Shown: positions 59,505-64,000 of the stretch, in pieces
How positions within the stretch are numbered: the first letter of the stretch is position 1
Layout of the letters: each line of letters begins with the position of its first letter
From: Felis catus
Taxonomy: Eukaryota
Length of the DNA stretch: 64,000 nt
Reading direction: 5' to 3'
Assembly (NCBI RefSeq): GCF_018350175.1
Contig: NC_058368.1
Location: forward strand, 235,974,001 to 236,038,000
Program-made: the position numbers and the translations under genes
Notes under the pieces: generated by a model
The model's input: the letters and a program-made list of their open reading frames with translations, nothing else
The model's database searches: none
What the model was told of the DNA's origin: nothing

Positions 59505-59856
59505 ATCTATCTATCATCTATGGAGAGGGATAGAGAACAATAGATTTAACTTAACTGAAGAGAAGCCATAATGTGTGGGTAGACCAGAAGGTTGAAGACT
59601 CAAGGAAGAGTAAATCCTACAGTTTAAGTCTGAAGGTCATCTCTAGGCAGAATTCCTTCTTCCTTAGGGGACCTTAATCTCTGATTATTAAGGTCTCATC
59701 TGTTGGATTAGGCCCACCCACATTATGGAGGCCAATCTGCTTTACTCAAAGTCTACTGATTTTAATGTTTATCTCATCTGAAAAAAAAATACAACAACAA
59801 AACACTTTCACTGCATACCATGGCCCAGCCAAGTGGACGTAAAGTCAGCCACCACC
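59359..59856 (-). mobile_element. ERVL solo LTR (MLT2C/D-like)
   Basis: GGCAGAATTCCTTCTTC; GGCCCACCCACATTATGGAGGCCAATCTGCTTTACTCAAAGTCTACTGATTT; CCATGGCCCAGCCAAGT. Confidence 0.88.
59401..59521. repeat. (TATC)n microsatellite inside the MLT2 LTR
   Basis: Direct observation. Confidence 0.95.
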
Positions 59857-60630
59857 TGAGAGATGAGATTAGGGTGGGCACTCACAGAGGGGCTCTACAG
59901 ATCAAAGCTTGCACGCCATTGGGATTTCCTCAATTTTATGAGCGATTTTGAAATAGACAATCTTTAATGTCCCTTATTGTTTCAATATTCTGTTTCTGGG
60001 ACACACTGTTCCTGACTGATGTAGGAAATTTATTGAAAAAACCTCTTATGCCCTGTGTTATTCTCACGCAGTGTATGTGAGGGTGAGCTGATGGTCTCCG
60101 CTCTGGGTTTTCTTGCTGTATGAGAACTTGGTGTTGCTCAGCAGTTGGGCTACTGATGGTGAGACGCCCCTCCTCCCATGCCTGCATTTTCTCCTTGTGC
60201 TGAGGCTCTGCCTCATAAGGTGGCAGGGAGACAACACAAGCCATCTGACTGGAGGATGCCGCCTGTCCTCCTGCTGCCTGGGGACGGAGCTCAGACCAGA
60301 AATGTTGACTTCGTCCTCGCATCCTCAGCCGACTGCGGTTCCTTGGGCACTCTGCCTGCTTCTCCAGCAAGAGGAATTTCCCTGGATTTTGACACGTCCT
60401 CTTTCATCCCTAGAACAGCTCAGAACCAGGTCACCAGCACTCTTGGCCGTTAACCTGCTCATCAAGTTCACTTTCAATTATAGGAATTTCTTGACAGTTG
60501 GAAAGCTAACTACCAAACGAGAAAGTAGCCTTGGAATTAATGGGAAGCAAGAAGCTGTATCAGTTTGGGAAAATGTGATGATTTATGAATGCAGAGCTGT
60601 GCAAAGGACATTAGCTGTAAGTTCGTCTTT

Positions 60631-60633
<3 letters not shown>

Positions 60634-60674
<41 letters not shown>
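60634..60674. repeat. (AC)20 microsatellite
   Basis: Direct observation. Confidence 0.95.
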
Positions 60675-60675
<1 letters not shown>

Positions 60676-61825
60676 CGCCGATAACATTGCCTATTACCCA
60701 GATACGATGATCTCCTTTTAATCACTAGCAAGTTCCCAGGTGTTGAACTGGATCCAACTTTGATTTCTCTTCCCTCAAGGTCGAATCAGGGCCCCACAGA
60801 GGGGAGATGACAGAGATGCCCTCGGTGACCTCGATCTTGTACGTGCTGTCTGCGTTTGTTTCATTCCCATTAGACCTCACAGGAGTTGTGCCCAGAGATG
60901 GATCCCCTCGCAGTGATGTTCCACTGTTAGCGCTGGCAGCCACTCAGTTGGGGTGACAAAGGTCTTCCGCATGCCTCTCAGTCCCTGTCTTTGTTGTTTG
61001 TTACCCTTGTTTAGGTAGAGTCAACCAAGACAAGGTGAGAGCTGACAGAGGACAGGTGCCGGGCATGATGCTGTCCCCTTCAGAGTTCACACAGCATCTC
61101 TGCCTGTGGGTGCGGGTGTGAGGGCTGTGCATGCTCATCTGGACACCCGCCATGCTTCCCAGGGACACCTGGGCACTGAGATCTCAGGGGTACCTACTGC
61201 CAACCTTCCTTGGAAAACCCCACCAAGTGGCATGATTTGCCCCCCCCCCCCATGTTTACCCTTGGGCTCTGGTTCACACCACCTTGGACCTGTTCCTCCC
61301 ATCACCTTCCAACTCTGTATCAATGAGCCAGTTTGGCAACACTGCTGTGTATCGCTTGGTGTTTGCCCCATTCTCTCCCTTCCTGTTGGGCCTTTCCTCC
61401 TTCCTGAGCTCTACAGGGTCTGACCTGCTGGTGCCCTCATCTCAGGCTGCCCTGTGCGCGGGCTGTGCCCCTGGGAAGGAAGCCGGCAGAACCTTGCAAT
61501 CCACGTAGACTCTGAATGTCGCAAGGCTCCCCCACACCCGACGTGGGGAGAGGTCGGATGCTCCTGCGGAATCGTCAGGACGATCCTGACGAGCCCCGGG
61601 ACGCACGTCTGTTTTTATCACCATTTGGTGTTTCCTGGACACATTTATCGTTTTTCTTTTTTTTTTTTTCTGAGTTTCATAAGCTGCCTGAGAGACCCAA
61701 GTAGAAAAAGGGCAGAAAAGGCAAAAGTGATAGACCTGTGGGAGTCGGGGAGTCACCCCACTGCTCTGAAGGGTCAGCTGGACTGTTTCAGGGACAAGAT
61801 GCTATCCTGAAGTGATATGAAGGAT

Positions 61826-61929
61826 AGCATAGAGCCTGATGTGGGGCTGGAACTCATGAACCGTGAGATCGTGACCTGAGCCAAAGGCGGATGCTCAGCT
61901 GAATGAGCCCCCCCCCACCCAGGCGCCCC
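61826..61929 (-). mobile_element. Tail-less Can-SINE fragment
   Basis: AGAGCCTGATGTGGGGCTGGAACTCATGAACCGTGAGATCGTGACCTGAGCC...CCCAGGCGCCCC. Confidence 0.88.
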
Positions 61930-64000
61930 TGAAACTCTTTAAAATCCACAGGGGCTCTGGTCTTTCTTCCAGATTGGAAATGGCCATTGGCCGATACTGA
62001 TGGATTCTGTGCAGAACCCTCTGCCAGGCATGTGGCCTTGAATCTCAGCATGGAGGAGAGGAGGTGTCAGGATGGCAGTGATCCCAGAAAGTCCCCATCC
62101 TTCCGGAAAACTGTGAGGTCATTACTCCCCACGGGCACCTTTGGCTAAGCGTTGCCTCTATAGAGCGGGAATACACGTCTACCCAGGAAGGTTGGTAGGG
62201 AGTCACGTTCACGTCCCAGTATTCGATCTTCAGCAGGGTGACTCAAGAAGATAGCTGAGTTGGCAGGCATCAGACATGGCTCTTTCTGGGAGCAGAAGAG
62301 TTAACATAAAGGCAGAATCAGCTTAGTCATGCAGAGGCTTCAGGAACTAGGACCTCTGCAAAGGAGCCTGTGGTTCTGAGCCTCCGGAAACCAAGGGTTC
62401 AGATTTGTCATCACTTTATCGCTATTGTATCCGTGGCTCTGTTCGAGCGTGTATTCTGCTTTATCTCTCAGCTGCCAAAGACAAGTGGTTCACACAGGCC
62501 AGCGAGCGGAAGCCAGAATGCACTTTGCCCCGTGATTACACTCAGGGGTCCCTTTCCCCGTTGACCTCCTTCAGGCATGCCTTCTAGAAGTCGGCGGACA
62601 GAGTAAAGGAAAACCGTCCAGACTAGGAGTTCTGCAACAGTGACCGTTGCTCGTTCTACCATCACCAGAAGCTTATACTTTTCTTTCCAGCTGTCCTGTG
62701 TCTAGGCGACTGTACTGCACCTCCCCGGTGCCTCCCGTGGACAGTTGGTCTCAGCCTGTGTGCGCATGAGACCCACGACACAGACAGCGAAGGCTGGCAA
62801 GCCTCGTTGCGCATCTAGTGTGAACCCGTGATGAGATTCCGCGCCCTTCCCCCGCCACAGGGACCACCCCTGGGAGAAAGGGGGATTTTCTTACAGGAAA
62901 ATGGCTAGGTATGAATTCCCCACATTTGCAAAGCTTGCATTTAAGGAAAACAGAGTTATAATTTGCCCTAGAAAATGAAAGCACCAAGAGAGCTCCACAC
63001 CCTTTGTTAAATGACGACCAGCATTCACTCACTCACACATGCAAATAGCACGGCGTCTAGTAATTAAAACAAGAAAAGAGAAAGCACAACAAACGATCAC
63101 CGTCCAGCTCTGCAGGCGGGTTACGCTTTCCCAAGAGCGCGCACCGGGTCTGGCTCAGCGCAGGCAGCAGGCCGTCTATGCCAACGCTGGAATCGCTGTT
63201 GCGTTTATGTCCGACTCGGTTTCTTTTGTGGCTTCATCACAGACGCCGGCGCTCATGTGTCGGGTCTGACTGACATCTGAAATAAGCTGAGGCCCGACTT
63301 TGTTTCAACAAAGATGGGATTGAGAAGAGGTTAGTCCCTTGCTTCGCTTCCTAGTGTCAAAAAAATTTGCTCCGTTTTGATATCTGCCTTTGTTCCCTCC
63401 ATTGGGGAATTAAGCCCTATGATAAACAGACATTACAACTTGTTCTAGGAAGTGAGTGGCTGTGGCCTCGATGAATGCCCCTGGCTCGCTCTAGGCTGCC
63501 ATTGGGTAATTGGCTGCCATCAGGCACAACGTAAACCCACCCGCCTTCTGCCCTCCTTCTGGACAACGCGCCGCCTTCAGCATCCTCCTGCTACCCCTTG
63601 AGCTGATTTTAATAACTCCCTCGCCGTGTCCCCAGGCTAGCTGTGTTGGCACTGAACCCTCCATCGTGTGAAGCCTCGTTGCTTGGGTAACACTGGGCCT
63701 CTCCAGCGAGACCCCCTGTGCCTCACGCGCCCTTCCTTCTTCACGTGGCTCGAAGAGGTGATCACAGAATTTACTTGGAGCCGCATTCAAGGGGCTTCCT
63801 TTCTCCGGTAAGAGGGGAGCCAGAACGTCGTTTCAAGTCTGCAACAGCCTGACCTCTGCCCTTCGGGTCAAAGTGCCACCGTTTCCTGGGACAAAAGACA
63901 AACTTGGAGGGGGGCGTGGGGGTCAGTTAATTCAGGACCATTCCGTCTCCCGTGCTGTAATAGGATACGCAAAATGTTGCCATTTCTCGCCTCTTTAAAC

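Noticed and set aside
60113..60943. 202-aa plus ORF and 72-aa minus ORF
   Set aside because: The first starts at a non-ATG codon and crosses an (AC)n repeat; neither is recognisable.
1..64000. CRISPR arrays, operons, rRNA, snRNA or retroviral gag/pol/env, or any novel multi-gene system
   Set aside because: None seen. The window is repeat-rich felid non-coding DNA and only solo LTRs are evident.

Overview
Mammalian, cat-family (felid) genomic DNA with no protein-coding gene or RNA gene that I can support. The felid call rests on about 37 tRNA-derived Can-SINEs, including young SINEC_Fc-type copies, and a young felid L1 3' end. The rest is older eutherian repeats (MIR, L2, L1M, MaLR MLT1, MLT2 and ERV LTRs, hAT remnants), microsatellites, and repeat-poor blocks rich in homeodomain/SOX/POU motifs that look like enhancers. 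Together this fits an intergenic or large-intron region. The only real protein homology in the ORF track is the C-terminus of L1 ORF2 (25803-26180). I did not find a new biological system. The most interesting observations are structural: a ~0.95 kb 'mini' L1MC that keeps both termini and a degenerate TSD; a second L1MC with ORF1 fused to its 3'UTR; an ancient L1 with twin-priming-type 5' inversion; many close inverted SINE pairs, two with deletions at the junction; local AT-to-GC shifted patches in old L1s; and a candidate RNA hairpin at ~19.5 kb. Repeat subfamily names are recognised from memory of consensus sequences, not from a database search, and old-repeat boundaries are approximate.
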